The notes under the pieces were generated by a model. The model was given only the letters and a program-made list of their open reading frames with translations. It did no database searches and was not told the origin of the DNA. The translations under genes and the position numbers were made by a program. A DNA stretch of 64,000 nucleotides. Source: Trichinella spiralis (lineage: Eukaryota). The stretch spans positions 7,337,566-7,401,565 of the forward strand of contig NW_003526943.1 of assembly GCF_000181795.1 (NCBI RefSeq), in the 5' to 3' direction. Every line of letters begins with the position of its first letter. The first letter of the stretch is position 1. This document shows positions 41,916 through 53,874 of the stretch, piece by piece.

Positions 41916-44900
41916 ACAAACAAATAGATAAGACGAAAAATAAAATTGAAATTAATTTAAAGAGGAAATCAAGTTTATTAATTCTATTTTTCCTTGCTTC
42001 TCTTAGCTATGTTAACTTTGCTTCCTTTTCTTTCTGTTGTTTTCAATGTTGAAGACAAATGGTGATGAAATTCAATTTGTATCCAATCAAAAAAACCAAC
42101 AAAAGTTAATATATCGAGGCAGATGCTTTACGTTGAAGCGTGCAAAGTGAAACGATAAAAACTGCATGTGTGCCAACGTAAAAGAGAAATACCTCGCACC
42201 TTCTTATTGTTATATTACAAGCTAGCATTTTCGGTTTCAGTTTAGAAATCCATCGGCTGCTATACAACAATCTCCACCAATTGGGAAGTGATACAAGTCA
42301 TCCGTAGCGGTGAACATGTGGAGAGCTGCACAGAAAATAAACACGCTTCATACAAATTATAGAAGCCGGACAAACTCAAACAGTGGGCCTTCGTTAGATC
42401 CAAGGTTAGTGCAGCAAATATATAATGAGCTAGAAAACAGTGTCTCCACCAGCTTGAAAACAGCCGGACAGTTTCCAGCGTGGGGCCAGGTCCAGGATAC
42501 GATATACATTAGCCCAGCGAGAGTTCATTGCTGAACAAACGATGACCAAATCCAGTCAGCAACTTTTAATATATTATCCGCCAACCAATTATATATTAAA
42601 CTTTGCGAACAAGACTTTGGCAAATCGCCTGGCTTGGAACGTTAAAAAACGAATTACATTCACAATCAGAAAAATTAATGAAAAGGTTGAAATGCTAATG
42701 ATATTAGCATTTCTGTTAGTGCACCTTGTATCGGCGGGTTTCGAAATTTTAAATGTTGGGGCGTCGGGTCAAATTGAAACCTTGTTCGAGTACCTTCAGC
42801 AGGAATGGGCTATGAATGTTAAAACATCATAAATTGTGATAAAAATGAACAAAAATTTGAAAATATTAAAAATTCCACTATCAAAGTTAGAAAAATTGTA
42901 AAAAGAAATATTTCAACCAATAAAACGCAAAATATTGAAGCTAATCAAAATGGAAATGATTAAATCAATGAGCAATTAGACAAAAAAATCAACAAGACAA
43001 CGCCACAAGCGTCGAATAACAATGCTTTCAATGATCAGTAAGAAAATGCGATAAAAATTTGTTCCTCAGCTAGATTATGCATGAAAATTTTTATAAAATT
43101 GCTTTGTAAGAAATGAATGCAAAATTCACATCCATGCAGCTATTACTTTACATGTATTAACTGTAGAAAACAAACAACCAACATAAAAGTAGCTCTGATG
43201 ATAATATTGTTTTCTGTTACATTACCGATACACATACAAAAAGCTCAGATTATAATATAAACTTTATTTATACAGTACAATACAATACAAAAAACAGCAG
43301 CCAAAATTTTCAGAAAATCACAACTTTTTCTCTAGCAACAATTTTTTTTATCATTTGTTAAGATATCATTTTTGGACTTTTCATTAGTAGTACTGCTTCC
43401 TTTTATGCATACACAATTCTTTTTGTTTTTATTCTTCAGTAACAATTTCAGGAAATTAAATACACTTAAATTTCATCGAAGGAAAAAATTTATTTATGTT
43501 CAAGATGTGTTTCTAAGACAACTACTATGTTTACTTTGTGACTTTGCCCAACGCCCTTCGTAATTAAAAATATTAAAAATTATTCAAGTATTTTTCCCAT
43601 TAAAACCATGTAAAATGTTTTGATTGAAAACAAAAAAGAATTTTTACTATGTAATGTAGCACTTGTTAAAATAAGGAAAGTATTTAGCTTTCTTTAATAC
43701 TAATCATTCCTAGTGTCAGTTCAACAACTGCTGTTTTGGAGAAATTGGCAGTTGTGATCTTTATCTTTCTATTAAAATCATCATTTGCTTAGCAACAGCA
43801 CATGATAAATATTGCAACCGTTAAATTGTTACTTTTGAAGTGTTATCCAATGACAGAGAAGTTGAAAACTTTTTATTTCAAAAGCAACGATTGCAACGAT
43901 GCAAAGCAAAATGAAATTTCTCATGCTTGACCAGCAGATGCAACAATATTATAAATTATACGCAAAATTGTAACAATAAGAAAATTTTGCTATTAAGCTT
44001 GAAATTTAAAAATGCCAGTTGCTTTCACTTTGCAATTCTGTTGACTGAAACGGTTATTTGGAAACAGTCATCAATCAAACTTCAATAGAACAGTTGCGTT
44101 CTAACATCCGGTAAAGCTGTTTGTTTTCTGAATTTGAAAGTGAAGCTTTCTTCATTTTACCACATTTTCATTTTCTGTGCTTGACTTCTTGCTTTGATTC
44201 TTCTCATCTACTATCTTATGGTAGACGATTAGCTGCTGTTTGATTTTAAATGCTCGAAACAACTATACTTTAATATATGAAGGAAGAGTTTACCAGCTGA
44301 AGCACACAAATTTTGAAGATAAACAATGGGTTTGCCAAGGCGTAAATAATGTTTTATTAAATTATAAATATGCATGATTATGAATAATCATTGACGTTCT
44401 TTTTATAGGTAAAAAGAAGATTCAGGAGTGCAATGCACACGAACTCAAATGTGAATGGTGTGTTGAAATTCGCTCCTCATACTCATAATTGTACCCCATA
44501 CAACAATACCTTACATAATATTGAGAAATATAATCTTAAACGCGGAGCAGCTGAATAAGAGAAGCTCGTTTTACAGATTTATACCAGCAGCATATCTGCG
44601 AATTTGGAACCAGTCGGTTTTCAATATACAGAAAAGTGAATGCTCTAACGAACATAAGTCAGTCAAAAAGATTTCCCCTGCTGTCAGCAACTGAAAATTC
44701 CTGCAGTCAGCCAAAAGGCAACGTCTAAGTGACTGCTTTCGTGGTGTAATGTATATGATCATATTTTAATATTCTGTGTTGAAGAAAATTTGAGTTCTAT
44801 TTGAACATTCTGTCTGGAGGAGTATTGATACCAGGTTTAAAATTACTCCTGAATGGTACCAGCAGATGTTCACCATTCATGTTTTTCTAGAGTGTAAATT

Positions 44901-46124
44901 AATTTCGCTTGTATAATGTTATACTGTTGGAAAAGATGTTGGAATACTATATTGTAAAATTTTGAATAAATGAATGTTAAAGGCGGCATAGTTACATGTT
45001 AAACTTCAACCACTTAAACGATAATTTGTGACTTCTCAAACCAGCGACAGAAAATAATTGCGCAAGCTAGTTAAGTTGTTAAACGCCGAAAATAGAAATA
45101 AGAAAAAATTGAATTTTTTTACAAATTGAATTTCTTATCTCACTGCAATACTGAACAAAAAATATCAAACGCACACAAAAAATAGTTAATCTGTGCAAAA
45201 GCATCTTCAATTTGTGCCTTTGTCGAGTCAATACAAAGAGCATGGCTTCTAAAGCGGAATAATTTTTACATCCCGCAAAGACAGCCCGAAGATTTGACTG
45301 ATATCTTCACACACCAGGATACCGGCCAATTTTATATTGCAGGTATGTTATTCAGATTTATCATTACCCCTTTATAGGCACCATTTGTCTGAGATACTTC
45401 ACACTACCCCGCCAAAGTTGGCGTTTCAGTCCTTACGACCATTACAATGTCAAGCAGAAGTTGAATATGCAAATGCCTGAAATTTCTGCAACGCTGTCTC
45501 AAAGTATGTCACCGTTTTTGTCAGGCAGTGAACCCCAGCTAGTGCTCAATTATTGAGCATGCAGAATAATGAGAATGAAAGCCAGAGCGACAGATAATTT
45601 ATGCTTGAAGGCTATCAACGAGGATAATTAGCAATGACCATATTTTGGGAGAACACATGCGGTGAGTATTGGGGCACAACTTTATGGAGGAAACTTCAAC
45701 AGTAAACCAACTTTTGTTGGCTTTCTGTTGTTAAGTAAGATAATTTTAAAATACAGTAGATCAGTAAATTTATAAGCGCTGATTTTTAATCTAAATGTTC
45801 CACATTTCCTTATCATTGAAATACAAATATTGCAACTGCAGTGCTCCGTCAACCCAGTGTCCGTTTACTTTGGAAATTGAGAAAAAGTTTTGCGCAATTC
45901 GTAAAACTAGATAAACAAATGTTTCTTTATTTATAAATAAAATTGCACATATTTAAATAAAGCCAAGAATAGAACGCAAAAAACGCTGGTCAAAAAACTT
46001 AGTAAAGATGAAAAAAAAATTCGATTTCAAACAGAATGATTGGAATTTAACGGTCACGCACGCTAAAATTAGAAAAGTTTTTCGATGCTAACATTTATTA
46101 GTTGTCACATCTGCTTTAGCTCAC

Positions 46125-46555
46125 AACTGCAGCTGCGGATAATTTGTCAATTGTCTGTTTTCCGTTTATACTAAAATCGCCTTAATCCACTGATCCGTTA
46201 CGACAAACGTGAACAATTTCCTACAAACGGAAACGCACCATATGCACATAACATTTGAAATTGTAAGTAACCAAGTAATTTATTTGATGAGAGAAACAAC
46301 TGTTTAGTTGACATCGTTTTGAATAGTACTTATGCGGTCGGGTAGAAAAATGTAAATTTCTTTGAAGATGCCAACGGAAAAGGCGCTATGCTTGCACCAA
46401 ACAGAAAAACTGTTAAAGCTTCTTCATTTCACAAGGCAGTCGAAATGACATCCTTGGAAATCCACAGCAGTGGTGCGCCAATTGTGTACAATCCACTTCC
46501 GTCTGTCCACATGTGTACAATGTTCCGCATGAAGAAAGGATAATTGGCGCAACAA
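46125..46555 (+). repeat. Type-B cassette, copy 2
   Basis: Paralog of 41552-41915 with longer variable inserts. Confidence 0.85.
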
Positions 46556-46717
46556 CCAATATTGCATATCAACGAAACGATCCGTTTGCTCTAATTTCCT
46601 GATGTTATTAGTAAATGGTTAGCTGCTAAAGAAGCAAATAAAAATAAATAGTAGCTCACGTGTTAACATTCGCAGGCTGCTGCTACCCTTATACATCTTA
46701 AAATTACATTAACTGTT

Positions 46718-48661
46718 GGTGGAGATACAGCCTAAGACGCGTGATCTGTTACCTCTCCAATTAGCCTAAAATTCACCGATACGAGGTGTTGGAATCGTAC
46801 TGTAGTTGCAGTAATCCCATGACGGTAGAACTAAATTCACTGTATCCACAGGGTATAAGTGCAATGAATTGGTGTGGGAGATGGATTTCTAAGCCTTGCA
46901 GCAGAGTCACTGTCCATCTTTTAGATATCTGGCAGTGTGGTGCATATTTGTAATTTGGCGCTTTAATGATAATAAAATAATTCTGAAATTCATAAAACAA
47001 GAGTATATTAAAACCTGAATAAAATGCTCAATCATTGCATCAAGCAAACCATGCAACGAATTGGGCATGTTGCGCAGTTACCGCATTTGTTTCATATTTT
47101 TCATCTTTAACGGATGTTATTCATATAAATAAATAACAATTTTTTACTCATGACAGCAAAAAATAACAATTAACGTTTTGTTCAAAACATGATTTTTGTG
47201 CTTCGATAACCAATGCAAACAATGAGTTTGCAGTTATTTCCGGATGTTATTACTAAACGTTAACTGCTGAAGAAGCAATTTAAAATAATCATTCGCTTGT
47301 CAACATTGGAACATTTCTCTTATATATTTGTAAAAAAACATTAGCCATGGGTACAGATACGGCCGAATGCACGTCATCTGATACCGGTTGAATTAGTAAT
47401 ATGAGCACCGACGTGAAGTGTTCGTTCCAGAGTTTCTATTGTGCCCAAAGAGTATGGATGCAATAACATCCCTACATCGGGATGTAAAACCGGAAACATC
47501 ATCTTTTTGATTTCACAAAGCTCTCAACGTGTTTTATGCTTGTAAATTGGCTCTTTGAAGAACATAAAATAATTTTGAAATCCACGAAACAAGTTGCAAT
47601 TTTAAAGCTGAATAAAATGCATAAGCAATAATGCACCAAGCATACAATGCAACAAATTGAGCAAGTTGCGCAGGTAACGCGGACTGTTTTTATATTTTTT
47701 ATCTTTAACAGATATGATTAATAAATAATTAATAATATAGAACTAACAGAAAATAATTATCCATTTGTCAACATTGGAGCATTTCATTTATATATGTTTA
47801 AAGAACATTTGCCATGGGTACAGATACGGCCGAATGCACGTCATCTGATACCGGTTGAATTAGTAGTATGAGCACCGACGTGAAGTGTCCGAACCACAGT
47901 TTGTATGCCATACACTGTGCGTATAATGACACTTTTTTAGTGAAATTCCAAATTCTTCAGCTTTTACGATGCTCGTTATGTGTTTTATGCTTATAAACTG
48001 GCTCTTTGAAGAGCATAAAAGAATTTTGAAGTACACGGAACAAGTTGTAATTTTAAACCTGAATGAAATGCATAAGCAGTAATGCACCAAGCATACAATG
48101 CAACAAATTGAACAAGTTGCGCAGGTAACGCAGATTGCTTTTACATTTTTTATCTTTAACAGATATGATTAATATAAATAAATTACTGTTTTTTACTCGT
48201 GATGGAAAACTAAAAGAAAATTTGGTTTATTGTTGCAAACATGATTTTTTCTTTCGATAATCAAAGCAATGGTATCAGCTTGCAGTAATTTCTCGATGTT
48301 ATTAGTAAATCATTTTCTTTTATAAAAGTAATGAAAAATAATCATCCACTTGTCAACATTGGAACATTTCTCTTATATATTTTTATAACAACATAAGCCC
48401 TGGGTACAGATACGGCCGAATGCACGTCATCTGATACCGGTTGAATTAGTAATATGAGTACCGGCACGAAGTGTTCGAACAGTCTGGGTGCAATCACTAT
48501 TCACACAGAGACATAAAGCCCGAAGCAAATTTTTCCGCTTTCACGACGCTTGCAATGTGCTTTATGCTTATAAATTGGCTCTTTGAAGAGCATAAAATAA
48601 TTTTGAAGTTCACGAAACAAATTGTAATTTTAAACTTGAATATTAATAAGCAATAATGCAC
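46718..48661 (+). repeat. Type-A structured cassettes, cluster 2: U3 (46718, divergent), U4 (47349), U5 (47816), U6 (48402, 3' truncated)
   Basis: Head-to-tail units spaced ~630, 467 and 586 bp. The 50-nt block is identical in U4, U5, U6 and U1, while the central segments differ. Confidence 0.92.
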
Positions 48662-48966
48662 TTTTTTGTTTGCAAACCAAGGATTTTACTTTAGTATTTA
48701 CAAAGTTTCTTTCGTTACGAAACATCCATATATGTATTTTTCTACATGTCGATGAGGTTTGCTGTTTGTATGAAAAATCCTGTTTGACGTTCATACATTT
48801 CATAAAATACAGTCGAGCTTGGTTAAGTGCATAAGATTTTGGTCGAAAAAAAGTCCCTGTACATATATGATATTCACAATAATGGAGCCGTGCTTGGAGA
48901 TACTGACTAATTCCATGCTCACTAAATCAAGATAAATGTATTTTGATATACGACATCGCACACATC

Positions 48967-48976
48967 NNNNNNNNNN
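48967..48976. other. Assembly gap (10 N)
   Basis: Run of n in the sequence. Confidence 1.
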
Positions 48977-50339
48977 CGTCATGTCGCAGTCTTATTGGTT
49001 TTTCTTTTCTAATTGCTCATTGATTCAAACCTTTCACTTTTGATTAGATGTAATATTTTTTCATTTCATTGGTTCAAATATTCCATTTAGAACTACGTAA
49101 CTTTAATAGTAGTGACGTAACATTAATAATGGAAATATTTATTGTTCCAAAATTTTAGTGTTTAAGTTTTGTCATTCATTGAAATTTTGTTTATTTAAAT
49201 ATATTATTTGTGGTGAAGTTTATACTTTTTCATGATCAGCATTCCTGAAAATAATTTTTATCATTCTATATTTTATTTTACCAAAGTGACGTTATATCAA
49301 ATGCGATAGTAATAATTCAGAAAAACAATACAAAAAATAAGTGAAATAGTGATTTTTATTTTTCACTAACCAACAGCAGCAGCAAGAACAGTAAAGAACA
49401 GCCAACAACGGTCTAGTACAGATTTCCCTCCTGATATATAAATCTGCTCCCACTGTTTGTAAATAAATTTGTTGCCTGTTGAAATTTATCAAGATTGGAT
49501 GCTAACTTCCGGGTATAATGTCAGAATACTGAATAATCTGTTTGAAAAATCTGGAATGTTGTAGCAACACTTCCAATTTTCGGGTTACAAATGGCACTAA
49601 TGCTAACGTTACGCGTTAGCTCGCAATTTCACTTAATTTTACGCATGATTAAACGCATGTGCCTTTGTCAAACATTGTTCGCGTTTCTCGTCACATCACA
49701 TATGTTGGTAAAATTGATTTTAATACAATGGAAAAATCAACAAGAATTTCACTCCAGCAAAACATATACGATATCGAGCTACCCAGTATGAACAAGAAAA
49801 AGCAGTTCATTAAATTCCTGTTTAGGTTTTATCTATGACAGATGTGCATCATCCGCCTTTGCTCTAACCCTGTATAAGCCCTGTACATGATATAATCATC
49901 GCTAATTATCCTCATCGGCAGGCATAAAGGATAATTTTGTATTTTATTTGCCTCCCAAGCCTTTGTTCCTATTGTTCTGCGTGCGCTGCAATTGCGCACT
50001 AGCAGGGGTTCACTGCCTGGGTCAGACAATGATTTGATTTGACAAAGCGTCCGTAGCATCATAAAAATTCCTAACCACCCGAGCATTGGCTGATGACAGC
50101 AGATAAGCATGCTTATTCATTGTCTCCTTGTTCTTTCCTTCGCTGTTCATTTGCTTTGCTAGAAGAAAATTTTATTTCTTTGTTCTGTTCGTTGCTTTCG
50201 TCATGGCTGATGTCTCTGAGCTACATCTTGTGACCGGAATGGATCAACTCGCCGCGTGGTTTGCCTGATCCGTCAGATAAATTTTTCAAAGTCAAACAAA
50301 CAAAACTCATAATAAGATTTACTTATTTATGTCTTAGCA

Positions 50340-50612
50340 TTGTGCCCAAAAGCTTATTACTCAAACGCGTCTGTACTACTACAGATTTTCACCACTCTCC
50401 CCATCGCTTCAGCCAGCGCAGAACGAAAGTTTTCTGCACTAAATTATCTAAAAAACATTTTCCGGACTGCCATGACAGAAGAACGACTGAACACACTTGC
50501 ACTAATGTACATTAATTCTGATTTTTCCATTGATATTTACCGCATAACAGACAAGTCAGTTTCAAATGGAATCGAAACGTGTCGTTCGTTTGAAATGCAA
50601 TTAAAATTATAA
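50340..50612 (+). mobile_element. hAT transposase C-terminal dimerization-domain relic
   Basis: 'YSNASVLLQIFTTLPIASASAERKFSALNYLKNIFRTAMTEERLNTLALMYIN' fits the LPxTSAxxERxFSxLxxLKxxLRxTMxxxRLxxLAL pattern. Confidence 0.85.
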
Positions 50613-51149
50613 TTTGCATGTTTTTGATATCACACGATTGAGATTCCAGTTTTGTTTAAATAAAAAAACGGCATTATTTTGTTCCTTGTCGGTTTGACGG
50701 CCCAATAAAATAGCGCGGTCAACGACCAATAACAAAACGCGTTGAAAAGTGGGACCCCTTCAGACCAGGACCGCTTTGAATCATCCCGCTTTTCAAAACT
50801 GAAACTGACGAAAGCAGCTGCAGACTTATGGTAACTGAAAACTGGTTGCTCATACTCTCAAATGCTTTCTAACTGAAGTGATTATGTAACATCCTAGTAA
50901 TAGCTAGTATTCAAACATGACAGTTTTATTGCAGCTCTCAGTATTGTATTTTCTCAAAGTAAAACACAAATGACATCTTTTTTTATGAAAAGTTTGCACT
51001 TTTATTCTGAAGTAAAATACAAACTGTACAAATATTTTAATGTTTCTCTGATTCTATTGTGAACATAAAAATAAAAACGTTTTAACAGTATAAAAATTAA
51101 TTTTAAATTTTCTTCTTAATAAAAAACAGCTAATATTGCAACCATTTAC

Positions 51150-52350
51150 AGTTGTATGCTCAAAGCCGAGTCTTATAAATCAATGAAAGGTAAGGTACTG
51201 TTGGTATGAGAGCAAATTTTACAAAGAGCAGTTTCAACAAAACAGGTAATGAAAAAAGTAAAGATCTTGTATCAATAACAGAACGCAAAAAATTGTCCTG
51301 GAAGATAGTATCCTCTAACCATTCTGACATAGACGTCATTTCGTGTTTCCATCTGGGATAACTCTCACTATATCTGCCAGACTTCATTGTTCAACCAGTG
51401 AGTGCAGTGCATCAATTGTTTACTAGTCCATCTTATAAAGCACCCTCCCAGTGGTGACATTTTTTGAAAGAAGAATTCTATCACAGCTTCGAGTGATTAG
51501 AGCTACATTATTTTGATCTGAGGCAGCAGTCCTTAAATGTTTACTTTCAGGGATTTTAAGAGATGACTGATAAGTCTCCAGCATAAGTTGTTGTACATAC
51601 GTGTTCCTTGAAACGTCAATGTGCGCCATCGACACTGGAAAACGAATTGTCAAAATAGGAAAAGAAAATCACTGCTGCCTTTGAGTTTGCATTCTTAGGT
51701 CGTTTCATTTTGCTTGTACAAGTCGTTCAATGTGATTGGCCTTATGACGTGTTTATAATTTATGTCTGCAACGCACGTTTCTAAATGGATGGTCAGCAAA
51801 GCAGAGGCAACATTATTTGGTCAGTGATTAATTCTCAATTAATGCTAAGTAAAATAAATTTGAACCGCAGTAGTGCAAACTTCTCCAATTTGTTGAATAG
51901 TGACTCCACTCACAAGAAACTCAGAACTTCCGTGAGAACAAAAAACGCGTGATTTACCTCAAAATTCATAAATTAGTCAGTCCTGCAATGCTTCATCATA
52001 AGCTTCACAAAACTGTATCCTGTATCAACTGACAAAGATTATCCATGATTTCAGAAATTGACTCTCTGGAACGTTGAACATAAGAATAACTTTTTACAAC
52101 GCACATTACTTCTTCCAACAACTCTATCTACAGATCAGTGACTGGTAAGATGAGCAATTCGATCAACTTAACAACAACTGTCCAATAAGAACTCAAATGC
52201 ACCACCTTTTCAGCTGTAAGGTATTATCTGCCAAAATAAAAACATCCAATGCGTTGGAAGACCCAATCCCGAGGATCTGAAGTCCTCTAAAATTCTTCAA
52301 TACAATGCGCATTTCAACGTGCCGACTCTGTTCAATGATCTATTTTCAGC
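51150..52350 (-). mobile_element. Degraded LTR-retrotransposon (Gypsy-like integrase region) relic
   Basis: The fragment 'QQLMLETYQSSLKIPESKHLRTAASDQNN' weakly resembles the integrase 'SxLMxELxxxLxIxxLRTTAYHPQ' segment. Many stops. Confidence 0.4.
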
Positions 52351-52525
52351 AAAATAAGAATCACACGAATAATAAACCAAATCAATTTTTAATACTATTT
52401 TATATATTAATGAGAATTACATATATATATATATATATATAATTAAATAGACCTGAAATTACTGTTTTAATAGAACACTAAAAACTAAATGAAGCCAGGT
52501 GATAATAAATGGCATATAAAAGCAT

Positions 52526-53749
52526 TTATGCGAAAATTTGATTACTGGCCAGAGTGTTGGCAAACGGAGAGATAACCAAAGAAGTTGCAAAGTAGAACAA
52601 AATGCCAAGTAAGATAGATATCGGTAAAGCTGGTAGTGCTTTCTCAAAAATTGCCAACAAAAATAACGTCAAACAAAGACCCTAAAACAAATGAATTAGT
52701 AAAAAAGAGAAAAGAAACACATGACGACAAAGAAAATTAGTTGATATATTACGACTAATATAGCCACAAAACAAGCAACCGTGGTACTCCAGTCTCCGTA
52801 AGAAGAAGCTTTGCCGACTAAAACGCTGTAAAAAATAAAATCACCCAAGCCCAGCTTTACACCACCTTAAAAAAAGATGCACGTCTTCATTTTATAGAAC
52901 GAAAAATTTTAATCTGTTCAAACAGTCCTCTTACGTGGTTCTTCCGAAGCTGAAGTTTCAGTTGTTGAAGTTGCTTCGCGTCTAGCGGTAGAAGGCTGAG
53001 GTTGTGCAACGTCTCCGGTGGCTCGATCCTGGTTCTTTGGCTGTTTTAGTCGTCTTGTCAACGTTCCGCGTGATTGATTGTGAACACAAACCACGCCATT
53101 CTCATTCACCACTTTCGAAGACGAAGAATTGGAAGGTCCTTGCTTTGAACTGTCGTCGGACGAAAGCTGCGAATGACTACTGTGCGCACTGATTTTATCC
53201 TCACCGCCAGTACACCCATAAACAACCGTAGCTGAAATGAATAAAATAAAAATTTTTAATTATGCAAAATATTCTTCAAAACTTTTTTTCTCACATGAAT
53301 ATATCAGCGCTGGAAATATTGGCTCCTCTCTTTCCTGAGCCATTTCAACAAGCATACGCAACGGACCACGTGGGCAGAGCACGGCGACCAGATCCCAAAA
53401 TGAAATGCAAACCAATACTGCCCAAGTAGTCCAATCTGGTAAAAACTTGATGAAAATCAAAGCTAACAATGCAGACACCATGATCAAGTAGGCTTGTTGC
53501 AAGCGCAACGGTGCTTTCCAATGAATACTGATCAGTCCAACCACTGCGTAGTTCCACATGGCAAAAGTAACGGTCACATAATCAATGGGAATGTTGAATG
53601 TGAAAAATACTTGCCTAAAATGAGCTGGTAAAAAATTGCAAAAAAGAACCGTAAACAAAGTTATAAGATATTATAAGTTACCGTAAAAAAATTAAAGAAA
53701 ACATCGACAGCATAATGAGGCTAGAAAACAGCAGCCATCCGTGTATAAA
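52526..53749 (-). CDS. sel-12: Presenilin (gamma-secretase catalytic subunit), 3' half only
   Basis: Exons encode [75 protein letters not shown] and [10 protein letters not shown], ending ...SNQIFA* (stop 52526-52528). Both catalytic Asp and the PAL motif are intact. The N-terminal exons are not in the window. Confidence 0.93.
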
Positions 53750-53874
53750 CTAAAGAATAATAATTAAACATTTCATTTAACTATATTACATCACAGACCA
53801 AAATACAAAAATAAGCAATGTGGGTTGCATTATCAAGTTTACTCGTGAATTTTTTGAAACTGAAATTGAGAACA

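Noticed and set aside
42200..42832. ORFs of 74 and 96 aa between the cassette clusters
   Set aside because: No recognisable domain or coherent exon structure; left unassigned.
45265..45276. 12-nt antisense match (TTTTACATCCCG) to the U4 variable slot as a guide target
   Set aside because: A 12-mer match between several hundred nt of slots and a 64-kb AT-rich window is expected by chance.
46730..46770. GCCTAA motifs in U3 as a telomerase template
   Set aside because: The matches are short and not conserved in the other units.
47349..47400. Hammerhead ribozyme or C/D box core in the conserved block
   Set aside because: CTGATAC does not match CUGANGA, and I found no RTGATGA/CTGA box pair on either strand.
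46718..48661. CRISPR array reading of the constant/variable repeats
   Set aside because: Units are 467-630 bp, the variable parts are mutually homologous rather than unrelated spacers, there are no cas genes, and the context is eukaryotic.
40742..48661. Type-A cassettes as spliced-leader RNA genes
   Set aside because: An Sm-like AATTTTGAA exists, but no ~22-nt leader ending in AG|GT lies upstream of it. The CAG|GTAAC motif is downstream of the Sm-like site and is absent in U0 and U3.
40742..48661. Cassettes as a hypervariable peptide gene family
   Set aside because: Short ORFs (e.g. MSTDVKCS... on +, ...SQFISIKH... on -) stop at different positions in each unit, indels are not frame-preserving, and there is no signal peptide.
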